Below, piece after piece: positions 8,314 to 18,566 of a DNA stretch of 64,000 bases. Location of the stretch: positions 864,001 through 928,000 of the forward strand of contig OY762825.2 in assembly GCA_963666425.2 (NCBI GenBank), read 5' to 3'. The notes under the pieces were generated by a model, which was not told where the DNA came from, did not search any database, and was given only the letters and a program-made list of their open reading frames with translations. Made by a program: the position numbers and the translations under genes. The first letter of the stretch is position 1, and every line of letters begins with the position of its first letter. The DNA comes from Bacillota bacterium. GTDB taxonomy: Bacteria > Bacillota > JAAYKD01.

Positions 8314-8481
8314 TTACTCCGGTTGAGGAGCACCTACCGGGCAAACGCTGTTGCATGCACCGCATTCAATGCATTTATCCGGATCGATTACGTAGGGGTT
8401 GCCTTCCGAAATCGCGTCTACGGGACATTCCGGTTTGCAGGTACCGCAAGCTAAGCAGTCTTTATTAATTTTATAAGCCAT
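8314..8481 (-). CDS. Clostridial-type 2[4Fe-4S] ferredoxin
   Basis: Manual translation MAYKINKDCLACGTCKPECPVDAISEGNPYVIDPDKCIECGACNSVCPVGAPQPE; two CxxCxxCxxxCP motifs; AGGAGGTG RBS. Not in ORF track. Confidence 0.96.
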   Translation of the reverse strand: MAYKINKDCLACGTCKPECPVDAISEGNPYVIDPDKCIECGACNSVCPVGAPQPE

Positions 8482-8674
8482 TATGTTCACCTCCTGTATT
8501 TATCTATGCTACACGCATGTCTTTTTAATTCGCCTTACGGTGAAAATCTCCTTCCCGCTTCGCGGAAATTCCCGAAATAATACAAAAGAGAAAGTCGCGC
8601 TCCTATTCAGGAGGAAGAACTCTGCCTCTGTCGAATTGAATAAGATGAATTTATTTGGGAAGGAAGTTTTTTAA

Positions 8675-9850
8675 ATGAGTTTACGAGACGATGCTTTGGC
8701 TCTGCATGCCAAATACAGAGGCAAAATATCCATTCAGAGTAAAGTAGCAGTTAACAATATTACGGATTTGAGTTTAGCTTATACACCCGGTGTAGCGGAA
8801 CCTTGTAAGGAAATTTACGCGAATAAGGAATTGGTTTACACATATACCAACAAAGGCAATACGGTAGCAGTCATTTCTGATGGTACCGCTGTCTTAGGTT
8901 TGGGAGATATCGGCCCGGAAGCCGGACTGCCGGTCATGGAAGGCAAATGCATTCTCTTTAAGCGCTTTGCGGATATCGATGCTGTGCCAATTATGCTGAA
9001 CAGTAAAAATGTCGATGAGATCGTGCAAACGGTCAAGATCATCGCTCCTTCCTTTGGCGGCATTAATTTAGAAGATATCTCTTCCCCCCGTTGTTTTGAA
9101 GTCGAACGCCGCTTAAAAGCGGAACTGAATATTCCTGTCTTTCACGATGACCAGCATGGGACTGCGGTAATTGTGCTGTCGGCTGTGCTGAACGCAACTC
9201 GTCTGATTGGCAAAGAGTTAAGCGACTGCACCGTCGTGATCAATGGCGCCGGTGCCGCCGGAACTGCCGTCGGCCGTTTGATTCTCAAAGCAGGCGTTCG
9301 GAATCTGCTGATGGTGGACCGCCATGGCATTCTGAATGTGGGTGATCCCAAAAACAATCCGGCGCAGGATGACTTGGCCTCGATTACCAACCGACTGCAT
9401 CAAACCGGAGATCTAAAAGAAGCGCTGAAAGGCGCGGATATTTTCATTGGCGTCTCTGCCGGTAATATTGCCGACCGAACGATGATTGCCGGCATGAACA
9501 AGGACGCAATTGTCTTTGCTATGGCCAATCCCACCCCGGAAATTTTCCCGGAGGAAGCGAAAGCCGGCGGTGCGCGGGTAGTGGGAACCGGCCGCTCCGA
9601 TTATCCCAACCAAGTCAATAATTCGCTTTGTTTCCCCGGCATTTTCCGCGGGGCTCTCGATGCCAATGCCACCACCATCAACGAAGAAATGAAATTGGCT
9701 GCGGCTTATGCCATTGCCTGTCTGATCGCCAAAGAGGATCTGCGTGATGATTACATTATTGTTGGTCCTTTTGATCCGCGTATCTGCCAAACGATTGCCA
9801 CTGCGGTAGCCGATGCAGCCAGAGCGACCGGCGTCATCCGAAAACCATAA
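8675..9850 (+). CDS. NAD(P)-dependent malic enzyme
   Basis: LAYTPGVAEP, DGTAVLGLG, INLEDI, FHDDQHGT, GAGAAG, TGRSDYPNQVNN. Confidence 0.95.
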   Translation: MSLRDDALALHAKYRGKISIQSKVAVNNITDLSLAYTPGVAEPCKEIYANKELVYTYTNKGNTVAVISDGTAVLGLGDIGPEAGLPVMEGKCILFKRFADIDAVPIMLNSKNVDEIVQTVKIIAPSFGGINLEDISSPRCFEVERRLKAELNIPVFHDDQHGTAVIVLSAVLNATRLIGKELSDCTVVINGAGAAGTAVGRLILKAGVRNLLMVDRHGILNVGDPKNNPAQDDLASITNRLHQTGDLKEALKGADIFIGVSAGNIADRTMIAGMNKDAIVFAMANPTPEIFPEEAKAGGARVVGTGRSDYPNQVNNSLCFPGIFRGALDANATTINEEMKLAAAYAIACLIAKEDLRDDYIIVGPFDPRICQTIATAVADAARATGVIRKP

Positions 9851-9884
9851 TTAAGCTGAGCCAAGCGAAGGAGCCGATGCGATT

Positions 9885-10745
9885 TTGAGTAACGCTGTCC
9901 CACCTAAATCAACCGTGCTGCTCGCTGTGTTTTTTACAGCCTTCTCCTCCATTTTCGTTCGTTTGGCAACGGCACCTGCTTTGATCATCTCCTTTTACCG
10001 TATGCTGTTTACCGTAATGATGATTACGCCGTATGTTTTCAGCCACTATCGCAGAGAGATTTTGCGGATGAAAAGAAGCAGTTATCTCTTATGTATCGGC
10101 TCCGGTATTTGTCTCGCGCTGCATTTTGCCACCTGGATTGCTTCGCTGTCAATGACAACCGTTGCCGCCTCCACAGTACTCGTCTCCTGCAGTCCGATGA
10201 TCGTTGCCGCTGCCGAATGCCTAATGCAACGAAAACGCCCCAGCCGGGTTTTATTGCTCGGTTTGACGCTTGCCTTCTGCGGTACTTTGCTGATCGCTTC
10301 GGATGGCAGCGGCAATCTCAGTTTCAGCGGCAACTTATTGGCTTTGGCCGGTGGCTTTTTTGTCGCCTTTTATTTGCTGTTAGGCGTCCGCGTTCAAAAG
10401 ACTGTTTCGCTCTGGGCTTATGTTTTTCTCGTTTACCTCAGCGCGGCAATCACGCTGGGGCTGCTCGCCCTCATCACACAGACAGCTTTTCGCGGTTATC
10501 CACCGCGTGATTATCTACTTTTCGCAGCGATGGCCTTCTTTTGCTCTGTTCTGGGTCATACCGTTTATAACTGGCTGCTGTCCTTTCATGGCGCGACGCT
10601 GATCTCGGTTTCCACCCTCTGTGAGCCGGTGTTTGCCAGTCTGCTTGCTTATTTTATCCTGCAGGAAACGCCACCCATTTTAACCCTCTTGGGCGGTGTT
10701 TTGATTCTAGCAGGTGTCGCCTTCTATATTCTGAAAAAAACCTAA
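9885..10745 (+). CDS. DMT/EamA-family transporter
   Basis: 286 aa, about 10 hydrophobic segments, LALHFATW and EPVFAS motifs. Confidence 0.88.
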   Translation: MSNAVPPKSTVLLAVFFTAFSSIFVRLATAPALIISFYRMLFTVMMITPYVFSHYRREILRMKRSSYLLCIGSGICLALHFATWIASLSMTTVAASTVLVSCSPMIVAAAECLMQRKRPSRVLLLGLTLAFCGTLLIASDGSGNLSFSGNLLALAGGFFVAFYLLLGVRVQKTVSLWAYVFLVYLSAAITLGLLALITQTAFRGYPPRDYLLFAAMAFFCSVLGHTVYNWLLSFHGATLISVSTLCEPVFASLLAYFILQETPPILTLLGGVLILAGVAFYILKKT

Positions 10746-10753
10746 TTGGCGTT

Positions 10754-10805
10754 AAAAAAAGCTGACTCATGATGGCACTCGAGGCTATCATGAGTCAGTT
10801 TTTTT
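10754..10805. terminator. Bidirectional intrinsic terminator
   Basis: A7-GCTGACTCATGATGGC...GCTATCATGAGTCAGT-T tract between convergent genes. Confidence 0.8.
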
Positions 10806-10808
10806 CTT

Positions 10809-11171
10809 TTATTGTTTTACTTCCGCTGCCAATTCCACGCGTGGTGAATCGTGCCAGAGACGTTCCAGATTATAAAATTCCCGCGTCTCTTCGTCAAAAA
10901 TATGCACGATCACATCATTCATATCCAAGAGTACCCAACTGCCTTCACTCATGCCTTCTTTATGATAGACCGGCAACGCATAAATTTCTTCCGCCTGATC
11001 CGCAATATGCTCAGCAATGGCTACCACTTGGATTTTATTGCTGGCGTGACAAATCACGAAGTAATCAGCAAACGTACTGGTGGTTGCCACATCAATCACG
11101 ACTGGATTTTTGGCTTTTTTTGCTTCTGCCCATTGAACAACCGATAGAGCTAATTCTTTACTGGAATACAT
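10809..11171 (-). CDS. rsfS: Ribosome silencing factor RsfS
   Basis: ADYFVIC, WVLLDMNDVIVHIF, REFYNLERLW; start moved to the ATG after GGAGG. Confidence 0.95.
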   Translation of the reverse strand: MYSSKELALSVVQWAEAKKAKNPVVIDVATTSTFADYFVICHASNKIQVVAIAEHIADQAEEIYALPVYHKEGMSEGSWVLLDMNDVIVHIFDEETREFYNLERLWHDSPRVELAAEVKQ

Positions 11172-11211
11172 ACTTTCCCTCCGCATCATCTTCATAGTAC
11201 CCTATTTTCTT

Positions 11212-12183
11212 TTATTCTATTGGAGTCGGTGCGGGACAATAATCCCGCCAGATCCCTGCCAGATCAATTTCATCCGCAATCCAATAACTGGCTTCATTGA
11301 TCATCTTGCCTGCCCCCGGCAGCGTAATCGTATAGCGCTGCGTATCCGGCACCCGCAGGTAATCTATCGCCAGTTTCAGCCCATCAAGCAGGCTGAGATT
11401 CGTATCCAGATACGGCTGCATTTTAGCCGCAATGGCAGGCATTTTCAACAGTTTGGCTGGCTGCAGCAACTGTCCGGCTAACGCCATCATAAAATTGCGC
11501 TGGCGCCCCAGACGGCCGATATCACCCATGCCATCCGCACGGTAGCGCACATATCCTTCGGCTGCCACACCGTCCAATAATTGCTGTCCCGCTTTGAGAT
11601 GAACGATCAAGGGTGGAACATCATAAGGATCTTCATAATCCATGTCAAATTCCACATTGTAATCAACACCGCCAATCGCATCTACCAACGCCTGAAAGCT
11701 CTCAAAATTCACTTTGGTATAATAATTGATCTTGGTCTGCAGCAGTTCTTCCACCATCTGCACGGTTAACTCGGTTCCCCCGAAAACATGAGCGGCATTG
11801 ATCCGTTCGTAGCCAATTTCCGGCAGGTCCACCAGTGTGTCTCTGGGGATAGAAATAATCGCCAGTTTGTGCTGCACCGGATCAAAACTGAACAACATCA
11901 GCACATCACTGCGAGCCGGCATCGTACCACCGCCGTCTAACAAGCCTGCATCTGTTCCGATCAACAGCAAATTGACCGGTTCTCCCGCAATGGGTTTGCT
12001 CAAAGCGAGATCGTCTTTATTCAACCCTTTCAGGTAGTTCGATGTTGCCATATACAAAGCTGCCAGGAGCAGTCCTGCTACAAGCAGGAGCACCCCAAAA
12101 ATTCCTAGTACAACCCGTAAACCGGATTTTTTGGCTTTCCTACCGGTTGGCAGGTTATGATTCGTCGTGCTTTCACTTGTCAC
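11212..12183 (-). CDS. LytR-CpsA-Psr (LCP) family protein
   Basis: N-terminal TM, NLLLIGTD, RSDVLM, SIPRDT, YVRYR, DIGRLGRQ. Confidence 0.93.
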   Translation of the reverse strand: MTSESTTNHNLPTGRKAKKSGLRVVLGIFGVLLLVAGLLLAALYMATSNYLKGLNKDDLALSKPIAGEPVNLLLIGTDAGLLDGGGTMPARSDVLMLFSFDPVQHKLAIISIPRDTLVDLPEIGYERINAAHVFGGTELTVQMVEELLQTKINYYTKVNFESFQALVDAIGGVDYNVEFDMDYEDPYDVPPLIVHLKAGQQLLDGVAAEGYVRYRADGMGDIGRLGRQRNFMMALAGQLLQPAKLLKMPAIAAKMQPYLDTNLSLLDGLKLAIDYLRVPDTQRYTITLPGAGKMINEASYWIADEIDLAGIWRDYCPAPTPIE

Positions 12184-12772
12184 GTTTATCCGCCGTTCTT
12201 TCTATTGTTTCTTTTAATTGTACCAGCCATTGCTGGCTGAACGGATGTACTGCCATGCCATTTTGCTGCAAGTAAACGAGATTGGACTGCAGAAAAGCCA
12301 AGCAGGCCGCATCGAGATTCTCCTGCGCCAATTGGTGCAGCGCCTTGACTCCCGGATAGTCGCGGTGAGGCTCGATCCCATCCGCTAAAAAAATGACCTT
12401 CGCTAAGGTGCCGAGATTCAGTCTGCCGGTGGTGTGATAATGTACCGCTTCTAGAATCTCCGCATCCTCTACCTGCCAATCCCGCTGCAGCAGCAGAGCC
12501 GCCAAAGGTCCATGCAGGAGAATTGGCGCCTGCAGTTCCATGGGCAGACAGATGTAATGCAATTCCTCCGCCAGCTGCAGCAATTGCTGCGCTGTTTCAG
12601 AACGGCAATAATCATGACACAATGCCGCCTGCCTGGCTTTCATAACAGCCAGACCATAGTGCTCGGCCAACTGTATCGCTGTTTGCTGACAGCCTAAAGT
12701 ATGCTGCCAGCGTTTGGCAGATAATTTGCTCTGCAGGTAGAGCGCGATCTCTGCTTCAGGAAAATTGCTCAA
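12173..12772 (-). CDS. yqeK: Ap4A hydrolase YqeK (HD domain)
   Basis: RWQHTLG, LCHDY, LLHG, YHTTG, FLADGIEP. Confidence 0.9.
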   Translation of the reverse strand: MSNFPEAEIALYLQSKLSAKRWQHTLGCQQTAIQLAEHYGLAVMKARQAALCHDYCRSETAQQLLQLAEELHYICLPMELQAPILLHGPLAALLLQRDWQVEDAEILEAVHYHTTGRLNLGTLAKVIFLADGIEPHRDYPGVKALHQLAQENLDAACLAFLQSNLVYLQQNGMAVHPFSQQWLVQLKETIERTADKRDK

Positions 12773-12839
12773 AATCGTCGCCTACCCTTTTGCTATCACC
12801 TAACGAGACCAAATCTGCTCGCCTTCTCCTGGCAGTCGC

Positions 12840-13145
12840 TCATTCATTGGAGGAGGGCAAAACGATTTTCGGCTGTTCGGGATGTTTCTTATACAAGACA
12901 AAGCTATGGCCAATTACCTGGACCAGTTCCGCTTCGCAAGCCTCGGCCAATTCCTGGGCTAAAACTTCCGTATCTTCATCATTATTATTCTGTACTTTCA
13001 CTTTCAGGATCTCACGAATAAATAACGTCTCATTGGTTTGCTTCACCAAATTATCAGTGATGCCTCCCTTGCCGATCTGGATGACAGCGGCTTCGGTTAC
13101 CATCATGGCTCGCAGAAAACGTTTCTGTTTACCGGTTAAAATCAT
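12840..13145 (-). CDS. yhbY: CRM-domain RNA-binding protein YhbY
   Basis: LTGKQKRFLRA, QIGKGG, EILKVKV, VQVIG. Confidence 0.93.
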   Translation of the reverse strand: MILTGKQKRFLRAMMVTEAAVIQIGKGGITDNLVKQTNETLFIREILKVKVQNNNDEDTEVLAQELAEACEAELVQVIGHSFVLYKKHPEQPKIVLPSSNE

Positions 13146-13157
13146 GTTCCAGCTCCT

Positions 13158-14459
13158 TTAATACAAGTATTCTTCTTCATTATCATAATCGGCAAAAGTA
13201 AATTCCATCTCACCGATACGAACGGTATGGCCAGCCACAGCGCCTGCTTTGCGCAGCATATCATCCACACCGATTTTTCGCATTAAGCCCTGGAAACGTT
13301 TCACGGAAGCATTGTGGGCAAAATCAGTCATCAAGACATGTCGTTCCAGGCGTTTGCTCTTGACGACCCACAATTCTTCTGATTCACGCTGAATTTCAAT
13401 GGCGGACTCATCGGCAAAGATCAGTTCGGCGGTTGAAGTAAAGGTCAGCGGCGGCAAATCCGGGATCAGAGAAAGCTGCAAGGTGATTTCTTTCAATAAC
13501 GGAGTAAAACCTTCCCGCGTCAAAGCAGAAATTGGAAAACAAGTGACCTCTCGCTCCTGAAACCAAGCCAATACTTCCGACATGTGCTCTGCTGCTGCCG
13601 GCAAGTCGATTTTGTTTAGGACGATGATCTGTTTGCGCTTGCCCAATTCTTCACTGTAAAGCGTCAATTCGTTACATATTGCCTGGTAATCCGAAATCGG
13701 ATCGCGGCCATCTACGGCAGCCAGATCAATTAGGTGAACCAGCAGTTTGGTCCGTTCGATGTGACGCAAAAAGTCGTGGCCTAAGCCAATGCCGGTATGC
13801 GCCCCTTCAATCAAACCGGGGATATCCGCCATGACATAGCTGTTTTCCTCATCGGCCTGTACCACACCCAGATTTGGCGTCAGTGTTGTGAAAGGGTAAT
13901 CGGCGATTTTTGGCCGCGCTGCGGTCAGCGCAGTCAGCAAGGTTGATTTACCGGCGTTGGGATAACCTACCAAGCCAACCGAAGCCAGCATTTTCAGTTC
14001 CAGAATGATATCCCGGCTTTCTCCCGGAGCGCCATTCTCGGCAACTTCCGGTGCTTGATTGGTCGAAGAGGTGAAACGAGCATTTCCCCGACCGCCCCGG
14101 CCGCCTCTGGCTAAAACTGCTTCCTGACCCGGTTCGGTCAGATCGGCAATCGGCAGATTGGTCGCAGCATCTAAAAAGAGCGTCCCAGCCGGCACACGCA
14201 GCACCAAGTCTTCGCCGCCGCGGCCCGACATATTCTTGATGTCACCGGAACCACCATGGGTTGCTTTATAAACTCTCTGATAACGGAAATCAATCAGAGT
14301 ATGTAAACCGGTATCCACCCGGGCAATGATACTGCCGCCTCTGCCTCCGTCCCCACCGTTGGGACCACCTTCCGGAACATATTTTTCTCTGCGGAATGAA
14401 ACGCGGCCATTGCCGCCGGAACCGGCGATGACTTTAATGGCTGCTCTGTCTACAAACAT
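13158..14459 (-). CDS. obgE: GTPase ObgE
   Basis: Gly-rich Obg fold, GYPNAGKS, YPFTT, DIPG, NKID, C-terminal OCT domain. Confidence 0.97.
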   Translation of the reverse strand: MFVDRAAIKVIAGSGGNGRVSFRREKYVPEGGPNGGDGGRGGSIIARVDTGLHTLIDFRYQRVYKATHGGSGDIKNMSGRGGEDLVLRVPAGTLFLDAATNLPIADLTEPGQEAVLARGGRGGRGNARFTSSTNQAPEVAENGAPGESRDIILELKMLASVGLVGYPNAGKSTLLTALTAARPKIADYPFTTLTPNLGVVQADEENSYVMADIPGLIEGAHTGIGLGHDFLRHIERTKLLVHLIDLAAVDGRDPISDYQAICNELTLYSEELGKRKQIIVLNKIDLPAAAEHMSEVLAWFQEREVTCFPISALTREGFTPLLKEITLQLSLIPDLPPLTFTSTAELIFADESAIEIQRESEELWVVKSKRLERHVLMTDFAHNASVKRFQGLMRKIGVDDMLRKAGAVAGHTVRIGEMEFTFADYDNEEEYLY

Positions 14460-14607
14460 GCTTCCTCCTGTTGTCGGTTCGTTGATGTGAAATCAACCGA
14501 ATCCTTGCTCCCATCCGTTGCTTCGGCTGGGAAATGATATCCTAAAATAAAAAAGGCCGTTCCTTACAATGACAGAATCATCGTAGCGGAACAGCCTCTT
14601 TCTTTCA

Positions 14608-14913
14608 TTAGGCGTTAGCGATATCTGCCACCGCTTCCAGAGGATGAACATTGATATATTTCTTGTGCCCGAAGCGGGTAATATATTCAACGGTTCCTTC
14701 TACGGTTGCAAATAATGTATCGTCTTTACCGATGCCCACGTTCAAGCCCGGAAAGAATTTGGTGCCGCGTTGGCGAACCAGAATATTACCGGCTTTGACA
14801 TATTGACCACCGAAAATCTTGACGCCCAGGCGTTGGGAATGGCTGTCACGTCCGTTACGGGACGAACCCATACCTTTTTTATGAGCGAATAACTGTAAAT
14901 TCATCAAAAACAT
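14608..14913 (-). CDS. rpmA: 50S ribosomal protein L27 with Prp-cleaved N-terminal extension
   Basis: [24 protein letters not shown]. Confidence 0.97.
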   Translation of the reverse strand: MFLMNLQLFAHKKGMGSSRNGRDSHSQRLGVKIFGGQYVKAGNILVRQRGTKFFPGLNVGIGKDDTLFATVEGTVEYITRFGHKKYINVHPLEAVADIANA

Positions 14914-14926
14914 GGTGTGCACCTCC

Positions 14927-15325
14927 CTATGCTCTTTTTATTAATTGAATCAGATGACGCAAGGCATCCGGTTCCTTGGCTGCTTGTTCCCAACCAGCCA
15001 AACCATCTACGTGCAATTGAATGTAACGGGGATACTGCTGCGCCAAGCTGACACAGCCAAGGAAAGCAGCATCGAGTATCGATTGTATCTGCAATTCTGC
15101 CAAATCAGATGCCGCTCGCGGTATACTGCATTCAAGCAACCCGTCCGCAATTTCGTAAACCGGCGCTTCTTCACTGATCGCCAAGACCGCCTGCAGTGCT
15201 GTTTGCACTACCGCGCTGACACCGGCGCAGACAATATCGCTGCCCGCCGCAGCATAACCGCTGTGACCGCTGCTGCGAAAACCATCCCAATGTTGAAGAC
15301 CGCGACGAAAAGTAATACGAATCAT
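14927..15325 (-). CDS. prp: Ribosomal-processing cysteine protease Prp (YsxB)
   Basis: [16 protein letters not shown]; located between rplU and rpmA. Confidence 0.92.
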   Translation of the reverse strand: MIRITFRRGLQHWDGFRSSGHSGYAAAGSDIVCAGVSAVVQTALQAVLAISEEAPVYEIADGLLECSIPRAASDLAELQIQSILDAAFLGCVSLAQQYPRYIQLHVDGLAGWEQAAKEPDALRHLIQLIKRA

Positions 15326-15332
15326 GATTGTA

Positions 15333-15650
15333 TTAGGCTTCGATTGCGATAATCGTGAATTTTGTATAGGGCTGACGATGTCCGTAACGGCGACGATAAT
15401 TAGATTTGGCCTTGTAACGGAAACCGGTAATTTTGGCTTCCTTACCTTGCTCTTCCACTTTGGCAGTCACTTTCGCTCCTGCTACATGGGGATTGCCAAT
15501 CATCATTTGTCCGTCTTCCTTGCTGATTGCCAGAACATGAGTGAAACTGTATTCTTCGCCCACTTCGACTAAAAGCTTTTCCACATAAATAACATCTCCG
15601 GCCTGAACCTTGTACTGTTTACTGCCGGTTTCAATAATGGCATAACTCAT
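15333..15650 (-). CDS. rplU: 50S ribosomal protein L21
   Basis: YAIIETGSKQYKV...GHRQPYT. Confidence 0.97.
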   Translation of the reverse strand: MSYAIIETGSKQYKVQAGDVIYVEKLLVEVGEEYSFTHVLAISKEDGQMMIGNPHVAGAKVTAKVEEQGKEAKITGFRYKAKSNYRRRYGHRQPYTKFTIIAIEA

Positions 15651-15676
15651 TTGCCATTGCACCTCCTTTTTCTTCA

Positions 15677-15762
15677 AGACTCGCCATGCCAGGCACTTCT
15701 TTCGTGAGAGAAGTTTAGGCGCCTGCTTCGAGCGGTATGCGTATAGAGACGCAAAGCCTACT
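15677..15762 (-). ncRNA. L21 leader RNA
   Basis: 5' UTR CGCATACCGCTC...AGGCGC...GTGCCT...GGCGAGTCT upstream of rplU resembles the Firmicutes L21 leader. Confidence 0.7.
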
Positions 15763-15767
15763 CAAAG

Positions 15768-15796
15768 ATTATACACATTTCTCGCAGCTTTGTCAA
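15768..15796 (-). promoter_or_regulatory. SigA promoter of the rplU operon
   Basis: TTGACA (15791-15796), 17 bp, TGnTATAAT (15768-15773). Confidence 0.85.
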
Positions 15797-15849
15797 ACAT
15801 TTCACGACATGATTCGATGATTTTTTGTCGAAATAGTAACTGCTGTCTG

Positions 15850-16521
15850 CTATTTCAGCTTATTTTTCATGATCAGCTGCAAACGATGCAAACCAACCCG
15901 TTCGGCAGGCCAATCGGGACGCTGCATTTTTTGCGCCAAGACCGTTAAAAAATGCTGCGGACGCACAAAAAGGCGTGAACTCGTTTCCACTTTCAGCAGT
16001 AAAACCGCATCTTTCTCATCCCATTCGGCCGTGAGCACACCGGGCCGCAGATCCTGACGGATGGTTTTTCCTTCTCTATTTTGATAGTTAAAAACCAATT
16101 GTTTTTCTGCCAGCAGAGCGCTCAGGGCTTGCTCGAGCGAGGCAATTTCCTGGCTGTCGGCAGGGGGCAGCGTGATGCGATAGAGCGAAGCAAAAACCAA
16201 CGACATTAATGCCGGCGACTTTTCCGGTAAGCTTCCGATCTCACTGATCGGTAATCCTGACGGCATCTGTGCACTAATGCGCTGCAGAATATCCTGCAGC
16301 GGCAGTTCTTCGCTTAATTCCATTTCAATATATTCCGCTTCGCTGCTGACGCCGACTGCCAAAGCAGTTGCCAAACTCATCTTGGGGCGGGGATTAAATC
16401 CTTGACTCAAAGCAATCGGCAGCCGAGCCCGCCGCACTGCGCGTTCCCACACTTTGATCAAATCAAGATGGGAAATCCAACGCACTTCCGTATTTTTATG
16501 AAATTTCAAGAAGATTCGCAT
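15850..16521 (-). CDS. Radical SAM-associated protein (TIGR03936/DUF2344-like)
   Basis: ISHLDL..WERAVRRARLP...SQGFNPRPK; follows the radical SAM gene; start moved to MRIF. Confidence 0.88.
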   Translation of the reverse strand: MRIFLKFHKNTEVRWISHLDLIKVWERAVRRARLPIALSQGFNPRPKMSLATALAVGVSSEAEYIEMELSEELPLQDILQRISAQMPSGLPISEIGSLPEKSPALMSLVFASLYRITLPPADSQEIASLEQALSALLAEKQLVFNYQNREGKTIRQDLRPGVLTAEWDEKDAVLLLKVETSSRLFVRPQHFLTVLAQKMQRPDWPAERVGLHRLQLIMKNKLK

Positions 16522-16523
16522 TT

Positions 16524-18377
16524 TTACTGTTCCCCCTTTGCCATCAGGTTCTCTACGCCATAAGAGGGGCAGACCCCGCACAGACTGCAGTCTCCGCTGC
16601 GGCAATCGGGTGTCTCGAGCGCTTGCTCCGCCAAATGCCATTGATTGATCATCCATGCTTTGCTGATGCCGCTGTCCAAATGATCCCAGGGCAGAGCTGT
16701 CGTAAAATCAATCGTACGTTCGCTGTAGTGCTCCGGCACGATACCGCATTCCGCAAAAGCCTGACGCCAAAGATCCGGTCGGAAATATTCTGACCAACCG
16801 TCAAAGCGGGCACCCAATTGCCAAGCCCGCAGCACCACTTTGGCAAGCTGACGGTCGCCGCGGCTGAAAACTGCTTCCAGGGCACTGGTTTCCGCATCAT
16901 GCGTCGATAATTCGATGGCTCTGTCGCGCAGTAACCCGCGCAGAAAATACTGCCGGCGTTTGATTTCCTCCGGAGCAATCTGACCCATCCATTGGAAACT
17001 TGTATGTGGTTTCGGCACAAAAGTAGAAATACTGATGCCGATGTGCAGTTTGCTTCTGCGCTTTTTCTGACGGTAGAGTGCGGCAATTTTCTGCGCTAAA
17101 ACGATAATTTCCGCCAGATCTTCGTCTGTTTCCGTGGGCAGTCCCAGCATAAAATACAATTTCAAACTGCTCCAACCAGCGTCAAAGGCTCCGCCGGCTG
17201 CGTCGAGTATCTGCTGTTCCGATACCCTCTTATTAATGACGTTGCGCAATCGTTGGCTGCCGGCTTCCGGTGCCAGAGTTAGGCCGCTTTTTCGGACCTG
17301 CTGAACTTTATCCGCTAATTGAACGGAAAAACTGTCGACGCGCAAAGAAGGCAGCGCGATACCGATGCTTTCCTTGCGGTAGCGCAGCAATAACTGATCA
17401 ATCAGCGCCTCAATTTGCGTATAGTCCATGCTGGAAAGAGAAATCAGTGAGATTTCATCATAACCGGTACTGCGCAGCAACAGCTCCGCCTGTTTCAATA
17501 AGATGGGCAGCGAACGCTCCCGCACGGGACGATATAAGCAGCCGGCCTGGCAGAAACGGCAGCCGGCTGTACAGCCACGGAATAATTCGATCATGGCACG
17601 GTCGTGAATGATCTCACCGTAAGGAACAACCAGCGATTCAGGATAGGGTACGGTATCCAAGTCCTGTACGATATTGCGGCGAACCGGGATGGCTGCCTGC
17701 GGTACCAAGGGCTTGATTCCCGTAAACTGATTCGCTTCATCATAACTCGCTTCGTAAAGCGAAGGTACATAGACACCTTGTAAAAGTGCAGCCTGCAGGA
17801 GATATTCCTGACGTTTGACCGGCCCGTTTTGCTTGAGTTGGCGGTAGAGCTGCAATAACTGCGGTAAAATTTCTTCCCCATCGCCTAAAGTGATCAGATC
17901 GAGATAAGCAGCCACCGGTTCACAATTGAAAGCACCCGGTCCACCGGCGATCACGATTGGATCGTTATCCCCGCGGTCAGCTGCCAGCAAGGGAATGCCG
18001 CCCAAATCCAAAATGGTCAGCAGATTGGTATAGGTTAATTCATATTGCAGTGTCACACCTAAAAAAGGAAATTGATGCAAAGGCAGCCGGTTTTCCAGCG
18101 TCGTCAGGGCGGCGCCTTCCTGGCGCAGCAACGCTTCATAATCCGGCCAGGGCGCGTAAACCCGTTCCATGCTGGCCCATTCCAATCGATTGACGACATG
18201 ATAAAGGATCTTGGAACCTAAATGTGACATGCCCACATCATAGACATCAGGAAAGGCAAAAGCGATGCTCACTTCCACACTTTGCGGTGGTTTGACAACC
18301 GCATTCAGTTCCTGTCCCATATAGCGAACCGGTTTGCTGACGGTCGCCAGCAAAGCATCATCGAGTAATTTCGTCAT
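16524..18377 (-). CDS. TIGR03960-like B12-binding radical SAM protein
   Basis: FPDVYDVGMSHLG, RGCTAGCRFCQAG (CxxxCxxC), LAPEAGSQRLR, C-terminal CxxCGVC. Confidence 0.92.
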   Translation of the reverse strand: MTKLLDDALLATVSKPVRYMGQELNAVVKPPQSVEVSIAFAFPDVYDVGMSHLGSKILYHVVNRLEWASMERVYAPWPDYEALLRQEGAALTTLENRLPLHQFPFLGVTLQYELTYTNLLTILDLGGIPLLAADRGDNDPIVIAGGPGAFNCEPVAAYLDLITLGDGEEILPQLLQLYRQLKQNGPVKRQEYLLQAALLQGVYVPSLYEASYDEANQFTGIKPLVPQAAIPVRRNIVQDLDTVPYPESLVVPYGEIIHDRAMIELFRGCTAGCRFCQAGCLYRPVRERSLPILLKQAELLLRSTGYDEISLISLSSMDYTQIEALIDQLLLRYRKESIGIALPSLRVDSFSVQLADKVQQVRKSGLTLAPEAGSQRLRNVINKRVSEQQILDAAGGAFDAGWSSLKLYFMLGLPTETDEDLAEIIVLAQKIAALYRQKKRRSKLHIGISISTFVPKPHTSFQWMGQIAPEEIKRRQYFLRGLLRDRAIELSTHDAETSALEAVFSRGDRQLAKVVLRAWQLGARFDGWSEYFRPDLWRQAFAECGIVPEHYSERTIDFTTALPWDHLDSGISKAWMINQWHLAEQALETPDCRSGDCSLCGVCPSYGVENLMAKGEQ

Positions 18378-18566
18378 TTTATCACCTATTCATTCATTTC
18401 TATTTTTCATATTTTTAGTATACACGAAGCGGCTTCGTTTGACAAGACAACGGCGTGGAATCAAAAAAGCTGCCGTATCCCCACCCGGTAATTGCTCTGT
18501 GGCAGAAGCAGCAGCGATTTTCACTTTCAGCGCGATCGAACAACTTTGTTGCTTATGATGGATTTT

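Noticed and set aside
8149-8454. 101-aa + strand ORF
   Set aside because: Antisense to the ferredoxin and its terminator.
14608-15325. L27 N-terminal extension plus protease as a novelty
   Set aside because: This is the established Prp/L27 processing system of Bacillota.
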